DNA of 50,091 nucleotides, from positions 1 to 50,091 of the forward strand of contig CAJVPI010000139.1 in assembly GCA_910592345.1 (NCBI GenBank), given 5' to 3'. Positions within the stretch are counted from its first letter, which is position 1; the number at the start of each line of letters is the position of its first letter. A program made the position numbers and the translations under genes. Below the pieces are notes generated by a model. The model had not been told where the DNA came from. It searched no databases and worked only from the letters and a program-made list of their open reading frames with translations. This DNA comes from Paraglomus brasilianum (taxonomy: Eukaryota). Positions 26,942 to 43,739 of the stretch are shown here, in pieces.

Positions 26942-29178
26942 GTAGAATCGAAAATTTAGGACTGAGTTTATTGGCATATATTTTCATTCTTTACGACACC
27001 CGCGGCAACGCCGAAAACCTGATTATGATGTGGGTGGAGTATTTACAATTTACAGGAGCTAAGCTAAATTTAAGAGCATATGCTCATACGTTAGTTACGG
27101 ATCATAAGCTGACTTGTAAGAAAAATTTTGGTGGATATTTTGATATTAAAATTTTTTCAACCAATTTCTTTTTTTTTTCGCACTGCACATTTTTATTGTG
27201 AATCAATAATTTTGAACGTCTAGCTCAGGGACAATTACATCCCCTGCCGGGATCAGCAAATCTACTATTAAAACATAGAATTCGATATTTTTCAAAAACC
27301 TTTTTCGCTCATATTTTGTAGAAAACTGCCAACAAATTTTACATGGTTTTGAAGCTGATTGATTATGTTTTATGAAAAATAACATAAAATTTTATTTATT
27401 TTGTGGTTATGAACCTGCAGCGTAATGTTTTTACCTATCAATAATTCTCGATTGTCGATTGTCGTGCCAACTACAGCGGGGGAGCAGACAATAATTGGCA
27501 CTAGGAATTTAGCTACCTTCTCACGGAGTGGCTCCTACTAATAGTTAAATATCTGATTACAGTTAGTGACCTTTAACACTAGGCTTTTCCTACTTACAAC
27601 TCACTGCACCGAGGAGTAGACACTCATCCTAGAAAGTAATTGTCCTCGAATACAATCACGGTTTCTATCGTAGGATTAATTCGATAGTCTCCCGGTTAAT
27701 GTACACTGTGCTTCATTTATAACAAATAATAATGCGCATCGACATAAACAATTAATTTATCATATTTGCCACGGGAATAATCGCGGCGATTATTCTTAAT
27801 CGATATAGGATTAGCAGTTTCACTAATACCGATATTTTATCAGGGAATAAATCATTGACAAAATATTTCAGAGTAAATAAAATAAACACTTGCAAACATT
27901 GAGAACACCTCGAACGCGAAACTAACTAAAATCTATGCTGCTTTATAGGACTAATTAATCTATTTTTAGCAACATTTATTATTGATTATTTTACTATATT
28001 GTTATCAGTATGCGCTGCGTCTATCCGCCATTTCAGCAGAATATTCTTTCGAGTTACCATATGAATTTACTTGACATTCCGTTGCAAACGAAATGGAGAT
28101 TGATGAATCGACAAAGACATGTTTCAATTCTCCAATCGTCTAAAGCTTGCATACTCCTCAGTGAATATGGCAGCAGAAGAATACATCGAGTTGAACATGG
28201 TTTGACAAGCGCAAATTTTCCCGCAATGTGAAAAAAAAACTCGAATTCGATACTTTTAAATGAAGTTTCAGAATCTAAGGAATTTACGGATATAAGATAT
28301 GTTTCCCCGATATAATTCGACGTTTAGAGCACAAACTTTATTAACAGAATATATTACTAAAGTCATACATATTAATATGTTCTTTGGCCCGTTGTCTAAT
28401 ATACAATAGCGAAATAAATGTACTGGGTAATCGGGACATGTTACACGGCGAAAAATACATCGAAATTTTACCCCATGTTGTCTAAAAAGGAATGCGGCAT
28501 GTCGCCGATTATCATCCGATTGTTGGGCAAGACTAAGCCAAATTAAGCGTAATATGGCAAGTGCGACGTAAACAAGGACAAACTAAGACAAATGCAGGTT
28601 TTGTGGGTTCACAAGTCATTTACATCGTTCCACCAAATTGTGGTACGAGTTGCCCGCATTGTGAGTGTGCATTTACATTTGTATCAATAACTACTCCAGA
28701 CATGCACACTGTTGACGGGGAATATTCGACGTGCATACAGAGAGTCAATGCCTTGAGACTAGGAAACATATTATGAATTCAATGCTCGTTTGGTAAATAG
28801 TTGAGGCTAGTAAATAGACATTAACGACAATAAAGTGATGCAGAACCCTTGCATTTGATATAGGACTATCCGAAACATTAAAAGATCTTCAAGCTAATGC
28901 AGGAGAACATACATAAATGTTATAAATAACGACCTTTTTTTAACTTGCGAAGAATAAATTACGCTTATTTTCAATGCACTATTTTAAATAATAGTATGTT
29001 CAAAACACTCCCAATTCGCTACCATGTGCGACATTCAAATGGACAAATCTGGTACAAGTTACTTCTTGGTGTAAAGTCGCACTCGAAGAAAACATAGCCG
29101 CTTTTATCGAATTCAGTCAACAATTCAATATTTGTGTTTAAAAAGACCAATCGTCTAGGTTTCACATCATCGCTTGAC

Positions 29179-30310
29179 ATGTCTGACCTCATTTCTCTTC
29201 CAGACGGTCAAGAGTTCCTTCTCTATCGCTGTGGTCGACAGCCAGTGTGTATAAAGAAGCTAAGTTGGGAGTACCTAGTCCAAAGTAAGACTTACGAGGG
29301 AAAACCGGGTGATGCCAAGAAGATCCTCACCGAAACGGTACGCCTGGGTCTCCAACATGAGGGACTCGAAGAGGAAGCTGTCACTAGGCTCGTAAACTGT
29401 TTATGGAAAAAGAAAGCGATTCAAAAAAAATTCAAGGAGATAGCCAGTGACGTTAAGACGTCTATAAAACGTAACAAGGGGGCTAGTATTATCTTGGATA
29501 GCCGAGTTTCTGCAAGTAGTTCAGAAGCGGGTAAGCACATTGGATTTTGAGTAGATTATTACAAAGGATCTGCACGATTTTATTGATTAATATTATTAAT
29601 AACATTATTAATAACATTAACATTCATGTTCATCACTTAACAAGTCGACTATAACCAACTAGTCGATTACAACCAACCACTACCACCACCTCTTTCTTAT
29701 GGTTATCCACCAACCATCGGACCAAACTTTGGTAAGCATTTAAATTTTTTAGGAGACTTTTAGTTCATATCAAACGTTCAGGAATAATGATTAAAGTAAA
29801 TATCAACAAAGTAGATCAACTTTTCTATAACATACGTCATCATTTACATCGGAACAGGCTACAGGTAAAGCGTTTGGGATTTTAGGATAATGTTTAACAG
29901 TAGCCATAGATGTTTCTTATCATATATGTCAAGTTTAAGGTAAGATTATTGATATCGATTTTTCTTATTAATAATACGCAGATCTGCGTGTTCTGGTGTT
30001 GGTATTATTAATAATATTATGTCAGAATGGTGTTGTCATACCTGAAGTTTACGGTAAGCGTCTAGTTTTTTTAGTAGATTTAGTTCGTATCAAATGTTTA
30101 GGAATATTAATTAAAGTGAATTACCATTAATCAACAAGTAGACATTAATCAACAAGTAGACAACGACGCTCCACTCCCATCCGAACAGGATGATGTTAAT
30201 ATGGGTAAGACTTTTAAGTTGATGTTCAGATGTTTGATGGTACGGATTTGTTAATGCAATCGTTTTCCATTACAATAGTCGATGACGAATCCAGAGATGG
30301 GCAGTCATAA
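29179..30310 (+). CDS. Micro-exon array gene, diverged short paralog C (3' structure uncertain)
   Basis: Exon 1 29179-29530 (FLLYR...LWKKKAIQKKFKEIASDVK, ending G|gtaagc as in A and B). Candidate exons 29645-29731 (87 nt), 29812-29864 (53), 30026-30053 (28), 30139-30204 (66) and 30279-TAA 30310. Introns align with array introns (e.g. ggaatattaattaaagt...tcaacaagta). Confidence 0.55.
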
Positions 30311-31088
30311 TGGTAAAGCATTTTGGACTTCAAGTTGATTCTCAGTTCATATAAAGATTAATTATTAATGTGAACTTTTCCTATTCATAAGATGTGAGTG
30401 ACGACGGCAGATTTTAAGTATCATAAGTTTAATTATTATTATAATCAAATAAAAAAATATATATGCCATACTTGTTTTGTCTGCGCAAAGGGATACCTGT
30501 TTAACCTATCTGCAAATGACGAACCAAGAAATCGTTTCATTTCTTTCCTTCCATTAGTGACAGTCCTATCGTCCACTAACGTGTAAACAGCATCCCCACA
30601 CCTCCTACCACCACTGCGACCTTAAGTCGCTCTTACAAAACTCCTGGTTACAACATTCACAGCTCGAAACTCGTAGAGAAATACGGTTTCCAAGGACTAT
30701 TCCCATTCTAGAGATGATGGCTGACCGATGTTTCACTGACACAAGTCACCGACATGCAAGGACTTAGAGATACAATACAACTAATGACACCCTTTGATCA
30801 TTGAATTGGCTGCGTGAACTATACCATCGGATAATATAATGTAATGTACCGAAAAATCATCCTTTTCGTAGCTCGCGTTATTTCGCTATAAACCAAAACA
30901 TTGAGATTTATTTGGTCCTTGAAGATGATTACAATTTTGTGTATGATAAAACAAGCGATGACTAAAGATATGAATGAGGCCACCTGTTTAGTAACCACAA
31001 AAGTCTTACGTTAAACTATTCTTCGTACCATGCTAAATATAAAGAGTGATTCACCTCGATGACCAGCTTTTAGCACTCGTTCACCACT

Positions 31089-32714
31089 TCATCTTCTCAG
31101 TCCATAGTACATGGCTATAAAGCAAGCGACCACCAGCAGCCCACCAGCAATTTGCATGCCGCCATCTTTAACTAAGAATCTTTCGTACATTGAGAGCTTC
31201 TTTACCGGTTGAATCTCTGATGTTGGAACAGACAGTATTTTGTCCGCTGTGGAGTAGTCAATAATAGAACGTGGATCTATCGAGAGCCATTGATGTGTGT
31301 ACGTGTTCACGCATGAGCTGTAGGGGATATGAATAAAACACAAATCACGCGTTCGGTTAATATTTTGGTTGGATTCTGTTTATCGCTTACATAACTCACA
31401 AGTTCGCTGTAAATAGTTTTTGTTCAAAAGAAAAATTCGTACTCACAACGCATGAAGCGGAACGTCAGACAGCTTCTGTATTTTGGAAGCCGGATATTTT
31501 TCATAAAGCAACTGTGTATCCCTTATTAATTCATTAACTTGAAGGTTCTGTGGAAGTCTCGACAAGAAGGAGTGTACTATCGCGAAATCGCACTCGAGCG
31601 CCAACAGCTCTTCTCTTCTATTTAATACAATCTCGTACACGATTAAAACCGATATTAGGTTAGTTCACTCGATTCATAGTTTATATTACAAAATTAGCCA
31701 GAGCATACTCACCATACCAACTTATCACGCTATTATTAGATAATCTCTTTCCCAACCTCTTACTCTTAAACTCACCTTGGCAGCAAGATATACACTCATC
31801 AGCGGATTAGATGAAATGAAAAAGTCAAATAGCCTTGTAATTTTCGCCAAACTCCTTAAATCATGACTGCACCAAGTAATCACCCAGCTAATACAGAAAT
31901 AAGGCGACAGTTCACAAGCCATCAAGAACTGATATACTTCCTTATCTTCCTGTAATAGTATGGTATTAAGCAGCGTGAGCTGGCCTAGTAATACATCAAA
32001 AGAATCTAGCATCGCGTCCCGCAGTAAGAACATTGCTATATTCTCGGCAGCAGATGCGGCAGCCTCTTTGCCAAGAACAAGAAGAAGGATTGAGCATATG
32101 TCGTGAAAGCCTTGGTAGTAATGAAGTGTAGGATGCCGTCGGAGAACTTGAACTATTATATCACACAACTCATGCTGATTCTGTTTTAATGTCACTTTGC
32201 GTGTGCCTAACAATGAAGACCAGGATGGGGAAAAGAGAACGAATTGTGTAAAGAAAAGGAAAAATCCAATAAGAGCATAGACATCGTGACATACCTTTTC
32301 GTAAATGGGCAAATGATCTATCAACGTCAAGTTTTACTTGATCTTCTTGTTTATGTTTGTCAGCAACTGGAATTCGGAAATAAATATTCAAAACATCATT
32401 TAAAACCGTCTTCTATCCCTCGCCTCGGCGCTAATTACTCGCTTATAAACTGACGTGCTTTGGTGCTCACCTCTTTCGATCTTTTTCTCATTATTACAGT
32501 GTAGTAGCAAGGGCCAAGCCAACTTTCTCAGCCCATCGTTGATTAAACCTGGTCCAGTAACAGCTAGTCTCCTCAGTTCTGCAACATCTTCACTTGCAAT
32601 AGCCTTATTGATCTTGTGAACACGTCGCTTTAATTCGACACTTTCTTTGGTTTCGTGCGAGTCTTGACCACTTTTACCAGTACGTTTTCGAAGTTGTCTT
32701 GTTCGAGATGGCAT
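31089..32714 (-). CDS. TBC-domain Rab GTPase-activating protein, TBC1D20/Gyp8-like, with C-terminal TM anchor
   Basis: GLINDGLRKLAWPLLL, QVKLDVDRSF, LHYYQGFHDI, FCISWVITWCSHD and RLFDFF motifs; hydrophobic C-terminus IAGGLLVVACFIAMYY. Confidence 0.9.
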
Positions 32715-33771
32715 TACGGGCGATCAAAATAGGAAGACAGTAGAAAAAAGTATAGTAAAAGGAGTCGACGGCGTAAATTACTGCTATATAGACTAAATGT
32801 CACGTTGAGATTCACAAGACATTGGTAGAACTTGAATCCTTTACAACATCTACGCTGTTAAATCGGGGCATATTGAACAAGCCTGCAGGTCCCATGAGAT
32901 TTGATAAAGAAAAATATTCATGGATCATCCAGTAAGATTCTCTTTTGGGGGGATAAGTAAAACCTCGCAATCATAATTCGTCGTTTTTGGTTTAGCAAGA
33001 ATACGAGAGTAAATGCTCAATGTATAGCTATCCTTCTGATCGATAGACATTTCATTTACGATTCCACTCTATTTTTATCTGATAACGCCAATAATACTTG
33101 CATACAATCCATGTGATGCTCACTCTCCTTATTTATGCAGTTCTAAATAATGTGCTTCTCCGAATGATGCAAACTTGGGGGTATTTCTTTCTGGAAACAT
33201 TAACATGACTGGCACCACGTTCCATCAAGTCCATCAAATCCTGGCTCCCAACAAAAGTTCCAACTCAAAGATACTAATACATATGTACAGGCTCATTTCT
33301 GCACAGCCCAGCATTTCAATTGAAAGCTCGGGGAATTCGATCGCCATTTTTTCCTAGCACTAGCTCACACGACACGGTCTCTATTGATTCTACCAAACTA
33401 ATTAGAGAGTTTCTGAATAGAACTTCTAATAATCTAGATTTTTGGGTATGCATTTCTTTTAACAATAGTAATAGTCCAAAGATTTGCCTGACTAGTATGC
33501 TTGAAGTCATTGTGAAATGGTTAACAAGCAACGCAAAATGTAAACAAACGTATAAATTGCATGCAAATGACAAGGGAATTGACAAAGACTTTCACTGAAA
33601 AGCCATTTCTGATCCATACATGTATAATAATAACGACAAGTCCTTTATTTGGCAAGCACTTCAGACACGCCAATGCGTGAACGCAAGTTTACAATGTTTT
33701 CCAACTACCTAACAAAGAATACACCGAAATGGAATGCCTTTTATGTGCGTATAAGTTTTCCAAAAAGTGTA

Positions 33772-33934
33772 CAGTCAACTGCCGATAATTCGACCTTCTT
33801 TAATTCGATTTATACGTTAATTCGACCACTGGCTACAGAACATTTATTATTATTTACTGACGATAATTCGACTTGTACGTTAATTCGATCGATAACCTCG
33901 GAACGCAAGCGGTCGAATTATAGGCAGTTGACTG
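33772..33934. mobile_element. 163-bp MITE of Tc1/mariner superfamily type (pogo/Tigger-like CAGT ends) with TA TSD
   Basis: TA|CAGTCAACTGCCGATAATTCGACC ... GGTCGAATTATAGGCAGTTGACTG|TA (24-bp TIR, 1 mismatch); internal taattcga motif repeated. Confidence 0.85.
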
Positions 33935-34179
33935 TATACTAATTCTAATAGCTGATACCAGGGTTGCCGAGTCCGTAGATTTGTCTTTTTATTTTAATAT
34001 TAATATTAATAATTATGTGGACTCCGCGAAATCTCCACCAATGGTCATGCTTGCTTAATAATATTATATCTCAAAGAGCGATACATAACAGCCTTGAGAC
34101 GAAGTTTACCATATCCGGGGAATGCCTTCACACTAGCACTAGATAGCTAACCCGATTGGTCATACAAACAAACAGAATA

Positions 34180-34182
34180 TAA

Positions 34183-34216
<34 letters not shown>
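34180..34216. repeat. (TAAA)n microsatellite
   Basis: About 8 perfect TAAA units. Confidence 0.9.
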
Positions 34217-34218
<2 letters not shown>

Positions 34219-34395
34219 AATAGTAAGACACGTGTTGTTTAACGTCAAATAACGCGGGAAAGCGGCGGCGGCCAACTTAAAGAATAGTCACCATGCAGGG
34301 ACCAACTCGATGACGTTAGAAACGCATTATTCGAACCTTTCAAAAATGAAGATTTTACTATTGTTTATTATCAATAAGAAATTTATCATGCAACC

Positions 34396-36459
34396 TTAAA
34401 CATCAACTTCTTCTTTGTTGAACAGCGCATAGCTATTCAATAAACGCAAGATGTCACGAAGATAGCTTTGTGTAGCTGCTTTAAAGTGTGAATACCGAAC
34501 ATTGATTGTTGCCAGCCTTTGTTGCCAGTCTTCTTCCATAGCCTTCATCTGTATGATAAAAGATGTGATTTATTTATTGATGATAACGTTCAACGTTTCG
34601 GACGAATTGATGTTGACATGCATTCTACTTGCCTTTTCGTCAATCCTGGTTATATCGTCCTTATTTTTGTCTACCAGCTCCCGACTGGCCGCTTCCCGTT
34701 CCTTAACTTGTTTATACTCCTCTTCAAGTGATGCAATTTTTTTTTGATGCTTATCCCTCATACTTTGCCTTCGCTGTTGCAATCGTTGCAACTTTTCTTT
34801 ATTCATATCCAGAGTCTTATGCGCAGATTTCTACTCGATAAAACACGTTAGTTAGTGCATTGCTATATTATTAATTACAATTAAATGTAGCATGAAAAGC
34901 AACCTCTTCGGTTTCTTTATCGCGTAGCATCAATTGACAGTGTGCAAGACGATCCTGACTTTGTTGGATAGCTTTGTTTGCTTTATCGCGTTTTGCCCTC
35001 TCACTTTCTACGTCATCAATGTATTTGTCACATGATATTATTTCCTATAAATGAGACGATTTTTAGTAGACGACAGCAAATGATCCATTTGAACAAGATA
35101 AAAAGACCAACTTCTCACCTCATGGATCGAATTTACTCGAGCCACTTTAAGCTGAAGCTTGCGAAGCTTTTTTTCCAATTCAGAGCAAGCAGCTTTATCC
35201 GCAGCCAAACCATTTTCCAAATCTTTTATTGTCTTGGTGACATATGAAGGATATGTGCATTGTCAGAAATTATCACAAGTCCCCCCCCCTTTGTGAGATC
35301 ACATACCGATTTTAGCTCCTCGGGATCTGACTGAACTATACGTGCTTCGAGCCGGTGAATATCTTGTTGCGTCTTTAAAGTCTCCATACGATTCGCTTGC
35401 TGTACGCAACAAACAGCAATTAGAATACTCTTCAATTACGTTAAAATATGCCGTCTTCCTCAAGATACACACTAATTTATCTGCAGTTTCGAGAAGAATC
35501 TTCTTCATATTCTCAATACTTCCAGACAGCGAGTTCTGCTGTCGCTTCAATCCTTTCAATTCGTTTCCTAATTCTATATTGGCTTGTTTAAATTGCCGTG
35601 CAGCTGGTTCCTCTTCGACGTGCTGTAATCTACATTATAGGCCAAGTCATTATATGTAACAAACCATCACTGTATGCGCGCGACTCTTTTGTTAATTACT
35701 TTATCAGGCCAAGCTGATCTATAAGCTCTTGGCGTCTTCGACATTCATTTTGGTGTTCGATTTCCACATTTTCCTAGATAACTGAGTTGTCATCGTTCAA
35801 CTGCAATAAAAATACACTTTAATTTCCTTAAGATGTTTACCGATTCATCCATGTAAGCTTGAAGCACATATATGTTGTCCTCGTGAAATCTTGCAAAATT
35901 AATGATCCCACTAAGAATCATTCGAACTCGGCCAGGTTCCGGTTTCAATACATCTCTTATACAGTAGTCATCTATTCCCGCAGCTGCCATTAACTTTCGA
36001 CTAGTAGTATTATTTAAACAATTGGGTTTAAAACACGTCGCTATAGACAAAATTTACCAAAAGAAATTCAAGTAAACTTTCAAGAGATCACCAACAGAGA
36101 ATAAGCGAATGCTAGTTGTGCTGTTGATTCAGAATGAAGTTCCTATTATGAAGTACGAATATTTATTAACTTTGGACAAAAAGAAGGAACGAGCCCATTC
36201 CTATGGAAAGTATAAACAAACGTACTCGATAATCGAATCCTTCCAATGCGCTGTCTATCTGCGGTCGACAGCCATTGAGCGTTACACCCAATAGGCCATT
36301 TGCAAACACTTCAAGTGCTGTTTGAAAGCGTACTGGATTTGGTTTATTAACGTCTTCTTCTGTAAAAGGAATATTCAAGTCATTTAGCATAGCAGGTATC
36401 TCGGACGCCTTGAGACAAGGAAAGTTGAATGCTCGTTGCGATCGCTGATTGTACTCCAT
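34396..36459 (-). CDS. NUF2: Kinetochore protein Nuf2, multi-exon
   Basis: N-terminal FNFPCLKASEI...FTEEDVNKPNP, DYCIRDVLKPEPGRVRMILSGIINFARF, then a long coiled coil with RIVQSDPEELK. The last intron is probably GC-AG (34632-34549). Confidence 0.88.
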
Positions 36460-36554
36460 ATTCGAATCGCATGAAAGTTTCAAAACTGAACGGCTGCTAT
36501 TGAAGATCGAGTTTGGGAATAAATATTATCAAACAGCACTCAAGTGAACACTGA

Positions 36555-36590
36555 TTTTCGCGTCTAGATTTAACGTAAATCAGGGCGCGT
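36555..36590. promoter_or_regulatory. Candidate MCB/SCB-like cell-cycle elements in the NUF2-CDK1 divergent promoter
   Basis: ttttcgcgt (ACGCGAAAA on the - strand) at 36555-36563 and gcgcgt at 36585-36590, within a 265-bp intergenic gap. Confidence 0.4.
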
Positions 36591-36724
36591 GTCGTCATTC
36601 CATTTCCAGAATTATTTAGTGTACGATATATTAATATAAATGCGTTGTTTGTTTTATCCTTTTTGTTCGCTTTTACACTATTACTGCTACTTTTTGTACT
36701 GTTTCTTTAGCTTTTTGTAAAGAA

Positions 36725-38271
<1,547 letters not shown>

Positions 38272-39349
38272 GTTGATACAATGAGCTCTGAAAATAATAA
38301 AAACTTGTTAAACCTTACAAATGGAAATGGAAACTTTACAAAAAGCACCATCTTTCAGCAAAGAGTCAAAGATGCAACACTAATGTAAATTTATTATCAA
38401 ACTGGCCATACTAGATTACCACGCGTAACATAATCGTTCTCAATGTGTTTTGCAGTGTCTTATCACATCTTTCTGAACGCTATGGACGGGAAGCACAGCA
38501 GGTCGCCAAGTGTTGATCCCGAAGATTGTTGTAGTTCGTCAATTGAACTTTTAATTTTGTATAACTGCGATCAATGTCACTTTCCTCAGTCAAATTTACT
38601 TTTATCTGTGCTCTTTCCTCACCAACTTGTATCTCATTTCTCTAATGAGCTCTTGACCACAATCAGTACCGTAGAAGTTTAAGAAATAACATCAAACTAC
38701 GGAGTAAGTTGGCAAGAATATTAGAGACAAAAAACTAACGATCCATTCGAAACTATTTGCCCGTTTCGCGACTACTGCAAATTGTAAAACTAACATTCCA
38801 ATATACCAATCGACAGTCCAATTTGTACGGTGATTTCGATATTGAATTGAGTCACCAATATCTGGGTCTCATGACATTTTTCTCTTTATTCGAGGTAATC
38901 AGAGTTACTGTATTAAATTCACCAAATTATATATATGTAGATAGTCGAATATCTATTGCGAATTTTTGAAAGAGAAATAATAGCGCAGTTGTCAAAAAAG
39001 AAAAAACAAAAAGTTGAATCCTGTGAAACAAATTTATCTATTTATTTTACTTAGACAGGATAATAATAACACCTCTTTCTTTGTTGATAATATAAATTTT
39101 TGGTTTAGTATCTTTTTTCCCGATCCATCCCCCCTTCCTAATAACAGTAGTTCGAGCGGGTCTTTTTGACCAATATCTTTGTTTGGTTAATATGATCGAT
39201 CAATTGACATCATTGTCAATTATTTGAGAATTATATTAATATTTGACTATTGAAATAAAGTAATTGTTGATAACAATGGCTAGACTGTATTTACGCATAT
39301 CATCATCATTATTATTTCGTTAATAACTGTCGCTCTTATTAAGCGATAA

Positions 39350-39900
39350 TTACAGTGTGGGGCAAAAACGCGTCTAGCCTACCCAAAGCACGAGTTAAAG
39401 CGGCCGAATTTATTTCTCCATATATAACTTAGAACAGTACGGGAGTTGGCAAGGGCAAATGTCTCAAGAGCATTATGTTCGCAAGGGATTCCTCAATCTC
39501 AACACGAACTTAGCAATAAAATATGGGTGTAGAGGTTTTTTATAGAACATTGGAAGGCATTTGACTGATGCTGGATACTTGAAAAGTCTTTCGCCACCTC
39601 CCAGTGCTTACTGATGACCAGAAACAAAAACGGATATAACGGGCCAAAAATAACCTTAATGATAATTGGAATAAACCATTATTTGCGGATGAGACCGCTT
39701 GTCAACTCTTCCGAAACACGGTGGAATTCTGGTATAAAAGCGAACGATCAACGAGTCCTATACCTAAAGACCAGACCGAACGAAAATTTTTGCATGGGGT
39801 GGTTTCTCGACTGCATCATGAATGCTAAATTCTATATAGATATTCTCCGTAGACACATTCCAGAGATAAAGGGCAAATAACAGAGGTGCTATTACTATGG
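39350..39900 (+). mobile_element. Degraded Tc1-like (DDE) transposase remnant
   Basis: Frame-broken motifs WNKPLFADETACQLFRNT and MNAKFYIDILRRHIPEI; TA-CAGTG start near 39352. Confidence 0.55.
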
Positions 39901-40650
39901 AAATGACTAGAAATAATGAAATTAATAGCCCCGAGTATGATAGGCCACGTACTCCACCTCGCAGGGAATCAAGACTTGATTAGAAGAGAAACTGCAACCA
40001 GATTGAATCTTTATTATCAATTTCTCGATGGGAATGTATCTTAAATAAATCACCTGGTTTTCGGCTTGTGGCGTAATGAACTGTCCAATCTGTTGTCTCA
40101 GTTGTAGCCAATTAAAATATACCAATTGCACATGCCTGATAACGTCATCCGATCCAACTACGTAATAGTAATAGCAATCTCAATTTTCCGTTTGTCTCAG
40201 ACTATTGTATAAACTTGTTTGGAGAAATCGGGACGTAGTAATTGAACGTGTAAATAGGCAGTCTTGCCCTTCAGCTGCCATATGTGGTGTGGATATTACT
40301 TAATTATTATTATACGGAATGTTTGCTCGACAGGGATCCAGTATTACCATCAAGACAATCTTTTTTCTTACTAACACATTAATGTTTAAATAGTTCAATG
40401 ATTAAATTGGCCAAGATACTCATGCCCCACTTGTTCAAAACTCGACGCAGCAATTGTGATACTTCTCTGTAAGTATATAAAAACGCGTGATGTTTCGATA
40501 CACAACACAAACGCTGCCCAATAATATTCTCACAAGAAACCGTCCGCTTATGATAATAGCCTACCCCCTTCCAGATCTCATTACGTCATTGACATTGTGA
40601 CCATCGTTTCAAGCCACTTCAAAAAAAAACGCACCTATGCTTTCCCCTTC

Positions 40651-42718
<2,068 letters not shown>

Positions 42719-43309
42719 ATTTATTTCCTATTTTCATCTCTTCAACTGGGACTTTTTTACAATAACATTCATGGGGGTCATTGTTAAGAGCTGAACTTTG
42801 CTGGTTGCATTGGGAAAAGCCGTGTGGCGGCTTGAGTCAGATTAACTAACTGTAATTGAACTGGGACAAAGAAAGTGCGATGTGTTTGTACGGAGGATTT
42901 CGGAGAAGATTGTATATCTTCATCCGTTGTATTATACAAGTAGTCAAATCAGAGCAGATTGAATTTCACCATTGTCGACTTACCTTGTCATTTTTGGGAG
43001 GTACTCCAAATTTTTTAAGTATTTCATTCATTTCATCTTGCTCCTCCTTTTTTTTGTTTATGTCTAAATTTTTCTCATAATGAGTCAAATTGTAGAGCAT
43101 TTGTTATTTTTAAACAAACTATGGGACAATCTCTTTTCTTCATTTTCTACACTCTCCTTGCTACTCTTATCTAACATGGTTCGCAAAGCACAAGTAATTA
43201 TTGTACATGCGTACGAGTAATATAGGTTGTGATAAGAAACCGAAATCGTACATTCTTAGCGAAAGTTACAGTGTCTCATCGTAATCTGAACAGACATGTG
43301 AGATTGAGC

Positions 43310-43739
43310 TCATTCGCTTTCGTCAATGGCAGCTAATTTAGCGTATAATGCCTGATAGAATCTTTCAGCAAACTTTGGACTGCTTGTTAGTAACAGAGAC
43401 TCCATAGTTTCAAAGGGTTTCTCGAGAACCTTTATTCGTTCCACGTCTGCACTTGCTGCGTCTTCCAGTGGTGTTGCTTTTGTAATCTGCAAATATAGTC
43501 GTTTTTTGGAGTCGTTTAACGAGTATAAAAATATAAAGTCGTCTACCGAAACTTACCAAGAACCCATGCTGAGTGACGCGTATTCCGAGTTGTACATTCT
43601 CCAGGAGAACTAATTCGAATAGACCTGGTTCCGTCTTTGAGATTGTTACTGAACTCTGTTTTATCCCATATTCGTATTCTTTGAGGCAATTAGCTAATTC
43701 CGAGTCAATGAAGTTTGGAGCAGAGTCAAGTACTGACAT
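43310..43739 (-). CDS. GSKIP/DUF727-like small protein, 2 exons
   Basis: Spliced product ...LVLLENVQLGIRVTQHGFL|ITKA...FETMESLLLTSSPKFAERFYQALYAKL matches the recalled GSKIP pattern. Confidence 0.75.

Noticed and set aside
26971..27201. 76-aa ORF as last coding exon of paralog B
   Set aside because: The preceding exon ends in phase 0, giving PNYG* at 26941. The homologous region in A has frame-breaking indels, consistent with 3' UTR.
33030..33720. Overlapping short ORFs between the TBC gene and the MITE
   Set aside because: No recognisable motifs on either strand.
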